From a virus (taxonomy: Duplodnaviria > Caudoviricetes), in IMG/VR virus record IMGVR_UViG_3300031454_000012, positions 1-43,603 of that record: a stretch of 43,603 bases of DNA. One strand, 5' to 3'. Numbering within the stretch: position 1 is the first letter of the stretch; each line of letters starts with the position of its first letter. Made by a program: the position numbers and the translations under genes. Below the pieces are notes generated by a model, which saw only the letters and a program-made list of their open reading frames with translations, had not been told where the DNA came from and did not search any database. Positions 34,988 to 43,603 of this stretch are shown here, one piece after another.

Positions 34988-37279
34988 GTGGCGGTAGAGA
35001 CTGTTTACGCTGACGCGGTCCTGGTCAACTCGTCTTGTCTGAACCCGGCGAACGTGATCGGGAACACGCCGACCACCTGGACCGGGAACACCGACCAAAC
35101 CAACTGGAACTGCACCTGGTCGCTGGCGAACCCAGTCAACCCGATCACCCCTGGCGCGACCGCTACCGTCACTGTCACACTGAGGCGGTCCGCTGCGGGC
35201 GGTAACGACCCGTCGGTGACCCTCGACCTATTCGACAACGGCGTGCTGGTCAAGACGTTGGTGTCGGCGTCGGTGATCGTCGGTGACGTCAGTGTCACCC
35301 GGTCGGGCACGTTCACCTCCGCTGAGGTGTCGTCGCTGGCGAACGTCGAGGTCCGTGTCACGACCATCGGTTCGACCGGCCCGACGACCTCACGGCGCAA
35401 CGTCCAAGTGGCGATGATCCAGGTCGCCGCTGACACTACAGGCGTCGCGACCGGCACCTCGGTGTCTCGGGCGCCCGCTGATCCGCTCGGTGTCACGGAC
35501 ACGGCCACGGCCGCACTCGCTACTGGTGGTAGTGGCGGCACTATCTCGACCCCGGTCCTCGCCACCCGGTATGAGTCGACGGCGAACGCGTCCAGCGGGG
35601 TCGCCAGCCTGACCACTAACGTGCCCATCGGCGCGGTGATGTACGTTACCGCGCACTCCACAACGTCCACCGTCGTCCTCACCGCCACTGACTCCAAGGG
35701 TCACGCGTGGACGGCGTCCGACGCGGCGTATCAGGCAGGCTCTCCGGCATCAACCACCCGCCTCCTCTGGACGACCGTCACCGCAGCGTTAGACACGACC
35801 GACACGATCACCGTCAAGGCGTCTTCAAGCGTCCCGTTGGCTTTCACTGCCGCGTTCGTCACCGGAGCCACCGTTGTCGGCGGTTCCGCCCCGGTTATCG
35901 GGTCCGGGTCGGCCATCAGCGTCCCAGCCGCCGCCACCGCTGGCGACCTTGCTGTGGCAGCGGTCACAGCCCGTGACACCGCAGTTTTCACCCCGGTCAC
36001 CGGTGGGACCACCCTCCTCAACGGAGTAGTCGCGGCCGGTGCGTTCTCCCGTGCTGGCGCCAGCCTGTACCGCCCGGTCACCGCCACAGGCACCACTAAC
36101 GTCGAAGTCACCCAGGACTCCACCAACGCATGGGGTGGTGTCGCGCTCACACTGACACCGGCGGGTGGTAGTGGGGCCACCGTAGCGAGGTCGGTAGCCG
36201 ACCCGGTTGGTGTCGCTGACAGTGCCACCGTGGGACAGGATCAGGTCAGGAGTACAACCGACCCGGTTGGTTTGACCGATACTGTCGCGACGACCGTTGC
36301 CAGGTCTGTGACCGTAGCGGACACCGTTGGTGTCACAGACGCGGCCGTCCCCTCGACGGCTAGTTCGATGTCGGTGGCACCATCCGACCCGGTCGCCCTG
36401 ACCGACAGCGCCGCAGTGGTGATCACAGCAGCCCGGACGAGCAACGACCCGCTGGGCGTGACCGACGCTGTCAGCGCGTCCCTGGCAGGCGCCAACGCTA
36501 TTGCCCGAGCGGACCCTGTCGGTGTCACCGACGCTGCCACGGCCGCAGCCGCGACAGTCCGGGTGGGCAGCGACCCGGTAGGTGTCACCGACACCGTCAG
36601 TGTGGCAACGTCCGCAACCGGGGCGGTCGCACCGTCTGACCCTGTAGGTCTCACCGACAATGCTGGCACGGTGGCCGCGGTGGCCCGCACGGTAGGCGAC
36701 CTGGTCGGCCTCGCGGACACCGCTGCTGCTGCGCTGAGCCGCAACGCCACAACCGCTGACCCGGTCGGTGTCACGGACACGGTGACCAGTGTGGCCGCAT
36801 GGTCTAGCGCACCCGCCGACATTGTCGGGTTGAGCGACACGGTCAGTGTTGACATGGCCGGGTCTGAGGCGTCATCCCAGGGTGACCCGGTTGGGGTTGA
36901 CGACGAGGCCACGACGGTCCTGGCGGCCGTCCGCACGGCAACCGACCAGGCCACCGTTACCGACTCGGTCACCGCGACAGTCGGGCGTGCGCCCGAATCA
37001 CCCGTAGGTGTCACCGACACAGTCACGGCCATACTGGACCGCACCGTCGAAGTCAACGACCCGGTCGGCCTCGCAGACCTAGCCGCGCGCGCCCGCGACG
37101 TTGAGGTCGCCTCACTCGTGGGCCTGACCGACACGGGTGCCGGGTTGAACCCCTCGGGCTTCCGTGACATCACGGTCACCGCCACCCTCGACCCGCCACG
37201 GTGGGCCGCCACCCTCGGTCGGCAACGCACACCCACAGCCATACTCGACCGGCCACGATGGGAAGGCATCCTCACATGA
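34988..37279 (+). CDS. Fibre-like protein with about 17 DPVG(V/L)TD repeats
   Basis: N-terminal beta domains, then a 20-22 aa periodic repeat. Confidence 0.75.
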   Translation: MAVETVYADAVLVNSSCLNPANVIGNTPTTWTGNTDQTNWNCTWSLANPVNPITPGATATVTVTLRRSAAGGNDPSVTLDLFDNGVLVKTLVSASVIVGDVSVTRSGTFTSAEVSSLANVEVRVTTIGSTGPTTSRRNVQVAMIQVAADTTGVATGTSVSRAPADPLGVTDTATAALATGGSGGTISTPVLATRYESTANASSGVASLTTNVPIGAVMYVTAHSTTSTVVLTATDSKGHAWTASDAAYQAGSPASTTRLLWTTVTAALDTTDTITVKASSSVPLAFTAAFVTGATVVGGSAPVIGSGSAISVPAAATAGDLAVAAVTARDTAVFTPVTGGTTLLNGVVAAGAFSRAGASLYRPVTATGTTNVEVTQDSTNAWGGVALTLTPAGGSGATVARSVADPVGVADSATVGQDQVRSTTDPVGLTDTVATTVARSVTVADTVGVTDAAVPSTASSMSVAPSDPVALTDSAAVVITAARTSNDPLGVTDAVSASLAGANAIARADPVGVTDAATAAAATVRVGSDPVGVTDTVSVATSATGAVAPSDPVGLTDNAGTVAAVARTVGDLVGLADTAAAALSRNATTADPVGVTDTVTSVAAWSSAPADIVGLSDTVSVDMAGSEASSQGDPVGVDDEATTVLAAVRTATDQATVTDSVTATVGRAPESPVGVTDTVTAILDRTVEVNDPVGLADLAARARDVEVASLVGLTDTGAGLNPSGFRDITVTATLDPPRWAATLGRQRTPTAILDRPRWEGILT

Positions 37280-37542
37280 GCACACCCACCTACCAGCGCG
37301 AAACCGACGAGTTCCAACCCGTCACCGTCGAAGTCGACGGCCAACCGGTCACCACCGGCATCACGTTCGCGGTCGTCCCATCCGGCCAACGCCCCGTGAC
37401 ATTCACCGCGCCGATGACCCTCGACGGGAAGATCGGCGTCAACGTCGTCGGCCTGACCCGTGGCACCTACCAAGTGTTCGCCCGGATCGTGTCCGCACCC
37501 GAGACACCCGTGATCCTCTGCGGCTCTTTCTACATCGCGTGA
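37276..37542 (+). CDS. Small beta-sandwich protein, fibre-associated
   Basis: ATGA coupled; GTYQVFARI..PE.PVI. Confidence 0.7.
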   Translation: MSTPTYQRETDEFQPVTVEVDGQPVTTGITFAVVPSGQRPVTFTAPMTLDGKIGVNVVGLTRGTYQVFARIVSAPETPVILCGSFYIA

Positions 37543-37575
37543 CCACCATGACCCACACCACCACAGGAGCACGCA

Positions 37576-38310
37576 ATGGCAATCGCTGACTACCCGTACA
37601 GCTTCAACGCGTTCGTCGTCCACCAACCTGTGACGATGGCGCCGCACGTCGGCGTCGTGACACTCCGTGACGTCCCCGGTGGAGCCGCGCTGCTCGTCGC
37701 TGACCTCGCCGGTAACGCCGTCGCCGAGCTGACGTCCAACGAGTGGGGCATCGTCGGCCCGCACCGGACAACCGTGGCAATGCCCTACGTCGACGCTGGC
37801 GGCACTTACCTGCTCCGCGAGGTCGCACTGGAACTGTTGGCGGGGACATACACCGACGAGCAGGCGAGGGACGCCATCGCTGCCGCGCTCGCAGCTGGCA
37901 CTCACACCAACATCACGGTGGTGAGCGACGACACCGCGGACAGCATCAGCATTAGCCTCGGCGCGCAGATGCTCGCCACGATCAACGCGAAGGCCGCGCG
38001 GGCGCTGACGAAGACGTCCGTTGCCGCCTCGTACACCCTCGTCGCGGGTGACGCCGTCGACAAGGTGCTGCACACCACCGCCTCAGCCGCGCTCACGATC
38101 ACCCTGCCCGCAGACACGGTCGTCATCGCCCAAGAGGTGGCGATCCCGTGGCGGCAGTACGCCGCCGGGCAGGTCACGTTCGTCGCCGGGGCCGGGGCCA
38201 CCGTCCTCGGCCGTGGCGGGGCGTTGAAGTCCGCTGGGCAGTACGCCGAAGGTGTGCTCACGAAAGTCGCCGCCAATACTTGGCTCGTCACCGGGGATGT
38301 GGTGGCCTGA
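37576..38310 (+). CDS. Tail-fibre-related protein
   Basis: AGGAG SD; YTDEQARDAI motif; C-terminal SYTLV..D..TITLP..GQVTF..GQYA..NTWLVTGD. Confidence 0.7.
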   Translation: MAIADYPYSFNAFVVHQPVTMAPHVGVVTLRDVPGGAALLVADLAGNAVAELTSNEWGIVGPHRTTVAMPYVDAGGTYLLREVALELLAGTYTDEQARDAIAAALAAGTHTNITVVSDDTADSISISLGAQMLATINAKAARALTKTSVAASYTLVAGDAVDKVLHTTASAALTITLPADTVVIAQEVAIPWRQYAAGQVTFVAGAGATVLGRGGALKSAGQYAEGVLTKVAANTWLVTGDVVA

Positions 38311-41300
38311 TGAGCGCGCGCGACCTGCTCCGGGCTGCCGCACGCCGCCGCACCGCCGCCGCGACCTCACCCTCAGTCGTGTCCGAGCCGACACACCTCG
38401 TGACCTACGCTTCGACCGTCAGCCTAACCAGTTCGGGCGCGGCCACACTCCCGGTCGGGCGCCCGGTGCCCATCGGCACGTTGGTCTACGTCGTCGCCGG
38501 CGCTGGTGGTTCCACTGCTGAACCGTTGGTTGCTGATTCCCGTGACAACGTGTGGCAGACCACCGTCCCAGCCCAGTCGATCAGTGCGCCCGCGACCACG
38601 ACACGCATCGCGTGGACGGTACTGACCACCGCATGGGTCGCCACTGACACGATCACCGTTGTCCGCAGTGTGGACTCCGGTTCCCTCGTCTGGCACGCCT
38701 TCACCACTAGCGGAGCTACCGGGGCGATCGGTGCTGTGATCCCACCTGGTGCGGGCGCTTCCAACGACCCGACCCTGGGCAATGTTGAGTCCGACGCTGG
38801 CGCGCTCATCGTCGCCGCGTTCACGTCCGGCAACAACGCCGGCCTCACGCTCGTCCCCCGTAACTCTTTCACGACCAGCGCAGACGGTGTATCCACAGGT
38901 GGTACCAACCCACGGCACCTGTGGGCGTTGCACCGTGCGACCGTCGCTGCGACCAACGCCGTGCCAGCCGCGGACATGTCGCTGGCCCTCGGGTGGTCCG
39001 GTGCCGCCATCGAACTGCTGGCCACCAACGCCGGACCCGTCACCCCACCCACCGAACCGCCACCGCCCACCGGGGGCACCCTGCGCCAATGGTCCGGCGA
39101 CGGCCTCACCGCCGGCACCCTCACCACCACTAGCGGCGACACCAACGACAACCCATTCACCGGGGTCTCCGGGACGTGGACCATTGTCCCCGGCACCCCC
39201 ACCCGCATCACGACCCCAGCGGGCGTACTGTCCCGGCTAGTCAGCTGGGGTTCCCTGACCTCACAGGACTACGGCCTGCGCTACGGCTACCGCCGTTCGG
39301 CCCTGCCTACTGCCGAGGTGTCGCTCGCGACCCTGCGCGGTGCGGTCGGCGCCCAGTCCCTCGCGATCCGCCTCAGTCCGACCGGCACCGTCATCATCCG
39401 CGACAACGCCAGCGTATCCGTGGGACAGTCCGCCACTGGTGTCTTCGCCGCCGACACGGACTACACGATCGAGGTCGGCTACGACCGCGACAGCAACCAC
39501 CGGGTACGCATGACCCCAGCCGGTGCGACCGCGGCCACCGTCGACATCACCACCGCTGGCGGCACATGGATCGACGTCGTCAACGTCCAGATCGGGTCCA
39601 GCTCCGACGCGACCGGCGACGTCACCGTGTGGGAGGTGACACTCACCGACAACGCTGCCCTGTCCACCGTGACCAAACCCCCGGCCACCACGACCGCCAT
39701 CACCATCGGACCCACCGTCACCAGTATCGGCGACCCCGACACCAGCCAGGTGCTCAACGAGAACTCCGGCCTCGTCACGTCCCGTAGGAACGGGACCACG
39801 TCAAACCGTGTGTTCTGGGGCCACAACGACAGTGGTGGGTTGCCCGAGGTCTACGCTTTCGACGACGCTGCGCCGTTCACCATCATCGCCACCTACGGGA
39901 TCACCGGGTTCAGTAACGGAGACTGGGAGGACATCGCGCTCGGCCCAGGGCCTGACTCAACCAAGGACTACCTCCACGTCGGGAACATCGGCGCCGCTAC
40001 CGCCAACGCTCGCATCCACCGGTTCGTGGAGCCCACGGTTACTGTCAACCAATCCCCGGTCAACGTCACCCTTGCCTCAACAGCCGTGGACACCTTCACT
40101 TTCGTCCGCCCAGCGAACCTGGGTGATTGTGAAGGGGTCTTCGTCGACCCGGTGTCGAAAGACATCTTCCTGTTCCAGAAGCGGAACACTACTACTCGGC
40201 CGGCCACGGCCAGTGTGTACCGAATCACCGCAGCCCAGCTCGGCGCCGGCTCCCGCGAGGTCACCCTCGAGCTGGTGGGGACGATCACCACACACCAGGA
40301 CACCGTCAACAACGGGGGCATCACGGGTGCGGACATCTCCGAGGACGGCCGGTACTTCGCGGTCTGCAACTACGAAGAGATCTTCGCGTGGACTCGCGAC
40401 CCCGCCAAGACGATCGCCCAGACCATCACGGCCGCTCCCGCCGGCAACGCCTACCGCAGGTACGTGCCCGGCTCGTCCGACACGTGGGGCAGTGAATCCC
40501 TGACGTTCGACCGCGGCACGTCACCCGCCCGGATTTACACCATGGGTGAAGGTGCCAACGCGTCGCTCAAGTACGTGCCGTTCACTATCACTACCGCCAC
40601 TGTCGGCGGGTCTGTCGTCCCCGCTCTCATCGGCTTCTACGGCGGCAATGTTGGTTCCACCAACGACCCCGGCGAGACGTTCCGCACCGAGTACGGTAGT
40701 GGCACCATCTACCCCAAGGTTGAGTCCGCCTACTACCTCGACGACTCCGGCACCGGCGCCTCCAACATCAAAGTGTCGCTTGAGCAGCGCCGAGTCGACC
40801 GGGGCACGATCCCCCTGTGGACGGTCCGCGCCCACTCGGGCGGCGCCCCGATGCCGTGGACGTACCCGCAGATCATCAGCGGTGCCGCCGACGCATGGCT
40901 CATCCGTTACCGGGACGAGATGCGGCAGGTCATAGGCGAGAAGTGGGTCGCGTTCGAGCACGAGTTCGAAGTCAAACAGAACCATGCTCAAAAAGCGTTG
41001 ACCCAGTCCTACGACGCTGCCCGCACCCGGACCACGAGCCCGTTCATCGGCACTGAGACCCAGTACGCGGACGCTGTCGCGGCAGGCACGGAAACCCCGA
41101 GCAACCCATCCCCGAGCTTCGCATTCCACCAGATCCCCACCGTCGCTCAGTACGCGCAGGCCGCGAACCGTGTCCGGTCGATCTGGCAGCACCCCACCAC
41201 GGGCGTCCCCGGCCTCAAATGGGTCTACTGGTACGGGTACTCCCGCCAGGCCGTCATCGACGAGATCGGCGCCCTCCTCACCCCACCGGACATCATCGCG

Positions 41301-41630
41301 CTCGACCCCTACGTCTTCTCCCACCACTCTGCCACGACCACGTTCCGGCAGATGGGGCAGCCCAAGCTCGACTGGCAACGGTCCCGGTCCTGGTACCAAG
41401 GTCAGCCGATCATCTACGCCGAGACGGCCAAGGACAGGGTCCACGGCGACTCCAACCTTGCGTCCACGTTCTACGACGACCTCCCGGAGGATATGCGCGC
41501 TCTGGGCATCCAGGCAATCGTCCTGTTCCTGCGGGAAAAGCCGGGTGACATCATGGCCGACCTGTCAGGTACCAAGTCGCCGTTGGCTAAGGAGGCGCTG
41601 CGGGCTTCGGTGAGCAGGGCCGCGCTGTGA
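38310..41630 (+). CDS. Large multidomain virion-associated protein: beta domain, lectin-like, beta-propeller, GH26-like hydrolase
   Basis: ENSGL..WGHNDSG..DWEDIA..DCEG..ITGADIS..SESL propeller; AFEHEFE and IIYAET Glu motifs of a clan GH-A barrel. Confidence 0.7.
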   Translation: MSARDLLRAAARRRTAAATSPSVVSEPTHLVTYASTVSLTSSGAATLPVGRPVPIGTLVYVVAGAGGSTAEPLVADSRDNVWQTTVPAQSISAPATTTRIAWTVLTTAWVATDTITVVRSVDSGSLVWHAFTTSGATGAIGAVIPPGAGASNDPTLGNVESDAGALIVAAFTSGNNAGLTLVPRNSFTTSADGVSTGGTNPRHLWALHRATVAATNAVPAADMSLALGWSGAAIELLATNAGPVTPPTEPPPPTGGTLRQWSGDGLTAGTLTTTSGDTNDNPFTGVSGTWTIVPGTPTRITTPAGVLSRLVSWGSLTSQDYGLRYGYRRSALPTAEVSLATLRGAVGAQSLAIRLSPTGTVIIRDNASVSVGQSATGVFAADTDYTIEVGYDRDSNHRVRMTPAGATAATVDITTAGGTWIDVVNVQIGSSSDATGDVTVWEVTLTDNAALSTVTKPPATTTAITIGPTVTSIGDPDTSQVLNENSGLVTSRRNGTTSNRVFWGHNDSGGLPEVYAFDDAAPFTIIATYGITGFSNGDWEDIALGPGPDSTKDYLHVGNIGAATANARIHRFVEPTVTVNQSPVNVTLASTAVDTFTFVRPANLGDCEGVFVDPVSKDIFLFQKRNTTTRPATASVYRITAAQLGAGSREVTLELVGTITTHQDTVNNGGITGADISEDGRYFAVCNYEEIFAWTRDPAKTIAQTITAAPAGNAYRRYVPGSSDTWGSESLTFDRGTSPARIYTMGEGANASLKYVPFTITTATVGGSVVPALIGFYGGNVGSTNDPGETFRTEYGSGTIYPKVESAYYLDDSGTGASNIKVSLEQRRVDRGTIPLWTVRAHSGGAPMPWTYPQIISGAADAWLIRYRDEMRQVIGEKWVAFEHEFEVKQNHAQKALTQSYDAARTRTTSPFIGTETQYADAVAAGTETPSNPSPSFAFHQIPTVAQYAQAANRVRSIWQHPTTGVPGLKWVYWYGYSRQAVIDEIGALLTPPDIIALDPYVFSHHSATTTFRQMGQPKLDWQRSRSWYQGQPIIYAETAKDRVHGDSNLASTFYDDLPEDMRALGIQAIVLFLREKPGDIMADLSGTKSPLAKEALRASVSRAAL

Positions 41631-41794
41631 CCGGCCCCCTGCACTACACCGCACCACCTGAGCCCGAACTGCCGGTCACCGTGTCGACGGTTGACGCTGA
41701 CCTGGCGGCCGCGGTCGAGCGGTTCCTCGCCACCACCGGGTGCCCCGCGTACCTGCGGGCCGCCGCCGAACCGTGGCTGCAGGCCCGAGGGTGA
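41627..41794 (+). CDS. Small hypothetical protein (55 aa)
   Basis: GTGA coupled to previous gene; open frame MTGPLHYTAPPE...WLQARG. Confidence 0.5.
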   Translation: MTGPLHYTAPPEPELPVTVSTVDADLAAAVERFLATTGCPAYLRAAAEPWLQARG

Positions 41795-41795
41795 C

Positions 41796-41909
41796 GTGAC
41801 CCGACCCGTGCTCACCGGCACCGCCCTCGGGGTGAGCCTGTGGGTTGGGTTCGTCGTGGTCCACTTCTGGCCCGTCTACCAGCACGCCAAGCGTCGCGGC
41901 TGGGTGTAA
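41796..41909 (+). CDS. Small membrane peptide (37 aa)
   Basis: GAGG SD; TM LGVSLWVGFVVVHFW with basic tail. Confidence 0.5.
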   Translation: MTRPVLTGTALGVSLWVGFVVVHFWPVYQHAKRRGWV

Positions 41910-41933
41910 GCTCCACCGCACGATAGGCCATTC

Positions 41934-41979
41934 AGCCACCGCCCCTCGCCCTACTTCGGCAGGATGAGGGGCGGTGGCT
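41934..41979. terminator. Terminator hairpin between convergent late operon and moron
   Basis: 14-bp perfect stem AGCCACCGCCCCTC/GAGGGGCGGTGGCT. Confidence 0.8.
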
Positions 41980-42000
41980 TCGTCATGCCCGGGATGGGGG

Positions 42001-42462
42001 TCAGGCGCGGTCGCGGCGCCGTGTGGCTGCGATGATCCCGCCGGCGCCGAGGGTGAGCGCGAGCCCGCCGGCGGCGAGGGCCCGGCCGTTCTCGATACCT
42101 TCGGTGCTGCCGCCGCCGGTCTCTACCCCACCTTTGGGCATGACCATCTGGTCTGTGCCGTCGTCGCCCTCTCCACCTTGGTCGTCTGCGGGCGGCTCGC
42201 TCGATGCCGAACCGACGGGCTGCATGTCCGTGGCTGAGCCTTCGGCGTAGCCGGGGTGGTCCTCGCAGGCCAGGCCGTCGTCGTCGCGGTCGAGACCGTC
42301 CGGGTCGGTCGTGTCGGCCCGGTAGTGGGCCTGCGCGTCGGCTTGGCTGGCGAAGTCGTCGCAGTTCTGGTCGTCCTGCGCGCTAGCGGCGGGCGCGCCG
42401 AAGAGCATCGCGCCGAAGAGCATGACGCCCCCAGCGGCGGTGGTGAGGTGTCGTGTGTGCAT
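42001..42462 (-). CDS. Secreted Excalibur Ca-binding domain protein with sortase-like anchor
   Basis: Signal peptide APAASA; DQNCDDF..AQA..DPDGLDRDDDGLACE; MPKGGVETGGG + TM + RRRDR. Confidence 0.85.
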   Translation of the reverse strand: MHTRHLTTAAGGVMLFGAMLFGAPAASAQDDQNCDDFASQADAQAHYRADTTDPDGLDRDDDGLACEDHPGYAEGSATDMQPVGSASSEPPADDQGGEGDDGTDQMVMPKGGVETGGGSTEGIENGRALAAGGLALTLGAGGIIAATRRRDRA

Positions 42463-42506
42463 GGTGAATCGTCCCCTGTGTGGTGGTTCGGATAGTGACT
42501 CGCGTC

Positions 42507-42515
42507 ACGTTAGCA
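42507..42515 (-). promoter_or_regulatory. Putative extended -10 (TGcTAACGT) for the Excalibur gene
   Basis: Minus-strand TGCTAACGT about 45 nt upstream of ATG, followed by AGGGG SD. Confidence 0.5.
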
Positions 42516-42554
42516 GTGGTCCGCAGACCTCGCGCGTTCGTCCGACGAGGCAGC

Positions 42555-43361
42555 TCACGCCGCGGCGTCGACGATGGCTCGCTTGGCGCCGGCTGGGATC
42601 TGCGTGTAGATCATCGTCGTCTCGGGCTTGGCGTGCCCGAGCAGCTGCTGTACCGACAGTAGGTCCTGTCCGGCACCGTAGGCACGGGTCGCGAACCGGT
42701 GCCGCAGGCAGTGAGCGGTGACCCCGGGGCCGAGCGCGCGGGAGATCAGCTTGCCGGTGTGCGCTGGCGTAAGGTGGCCACCACCGGGTGAGGGGAAGAT
42801 CCACCCGGCCTCCGAAGCGCGCAGGGCCAGGGCCAGGGCTTTGGTGAGCGGGACCAGGCGCTCGCGGTCGCCTTTGCCTTGGACGCGCAGGGACCACCCG
42901 TCGAGGTCCTCGGTGACGTCGTCGAGCCGGACCTTGGCGATCTCACCCCGACGCAGGCCGGCTTGGGCGGCGAGGCGGATCATCAGCTGCACTCGAGGTT
43001 CGGCCGCGGTCAGCGCTGCTGAGATGCAGTCCTCACCGGCGGGGCGGGGAATGCCGGCGCGGGTGCTGATGGCGGGCAGCAGCCGCGCCGGGTCGTGGGT
43101 GATGCGGCTGGTGATGTGTGCCCACGCGTAGTAGGTGCGCAGGCTGGACCGGTAGGAGCGTCGGGTCGCTGGTGCCCATGCGTGTCCGGCGAGCCAGTCG
43201 ACGAGCTGCTCGGTGGTCGCAGCGAGGGGGTCTGGCACTGCCCGGGCGAGGCGGCGGATGTGGTAGCAGCGCAGGTCGATGGTGGTCTGCGGCCGTCCGC
43301 TGGCGCGTAGCCAGGCTGTGTAGTGGTCGAGCTGCACGATAGTGTGCGCGACGTTCGGCAT
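42555..43361 (-). CDS. int: Tyrosine integrase, short form lacking an arm-binding domain (268 aa)
   Basis: GLRRGE, GKG, HCLRH, LGHA, TMIY catalytic set; adjacent to att; C-terminus VDAAA. Confidence 0.95.
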   Translation of the reverse strand: MPNVAHTIVQLDHYTAWLRASGRPQTTIDLRCYHIRRLARAVPDPLAATTEQLVDWLAGHAWAPATRRSYRSSLRTYYAWAHITSRITHDPARLLPAISTRAGIPRPAGEDCISAALTAAEPRVQLMIRLAAQAGLRRGEIAKVRLDDVTEDLDGWSLRVQGKGDRERLVPLTKALALALRASEAGWIFPSPGGGHLTPAHTGKLISRALGPGVTAHCLRHRFATRAYGAGQDLLSVQQLLGHAKPETTMIYTQIPAGAKRAIVDAAA

Positions 43362-43476
43362 GAGCCTGATTATGTCTCCCCTTCCCCCCGAACGCCTCAC
43401 GAGATACTCAAGACCTGCTCAAGCGGCTATGCCGCTGGCAAGAGCAGGGTGCGCCGACCTGCGGGAAGCCTCAAAC

Positions 43477-43514
43477 CAGCGGGTTCGGGGTTCGAGTCCC
43501 TGTTGGCGCACAAC
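43477..43514 (+). repeat. Right att junction, 38-bp common core (duplicated tRNA 3' half)
   Basis: Identical to 90-127. Confidence 0.97.
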
Positions 43515-43603
43515 GCGTGACGTATGCGGCACACTTGGCTGGCGTGAGCACCTCCCCGTCTGCGCTGCCGCAGAGCCAGGCCAAGCCCGATGTGAAGAGC
43601 TCT

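Noticed and set aside
36170-37140. CRISPR-like or DGR repeats
   Set aside because: Repeats are degenerate at DNA level and conserved at protein level; no cas or reverse transcriptase gene is seen
43477-43514. Second tRNA gene
   Set aside because: Only the 3' half is present; it is the att duplication

Overview
The window is essentially one complete ~43.4 kb temperate siphovirus prophage of a high-GC actinobacterium. It is integrated in a tRNA-Lys(CTT) gene and flanked by a perfect 38-bp att core (90-127 and 43477-43514). Gene order: repressor (-) / Cro-like HTH, early and replication genes (two ParB-like, clamp-like, MazG-like, HNH-containing initiator, RusA-like), packaging/head, neck/tail, lysis, a second 7-kb virion-appendage-like module, a sortase-type Excalibur moron (-) and a small tyrosine integrase (-). 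The best-supported system is an integration-dependent immunity switch: att lies inside the repressor gene, the prophage allele stops in the tRNA anticodon loop, and the reconstructed excised allele gains a 16-aa tail ending LPAA (ssrA-like degron). The integrase also ends in AAA. This switch type is known from mycobacteriophage BPs-like phages. More novel candidates are a 33-aa signal-peptide-plus-octapeptide ORF hidden after the holin, an antisense gene with a PRE-like promoter nested in the early operon, an apparently dead DEDDh exonuclease, a double-domain head-closure protein, 11-bp iterons in the initiator gene and a post-lysis fibre/glycosidase module. All product calls rest on motif recognition by eye; no searches were run.
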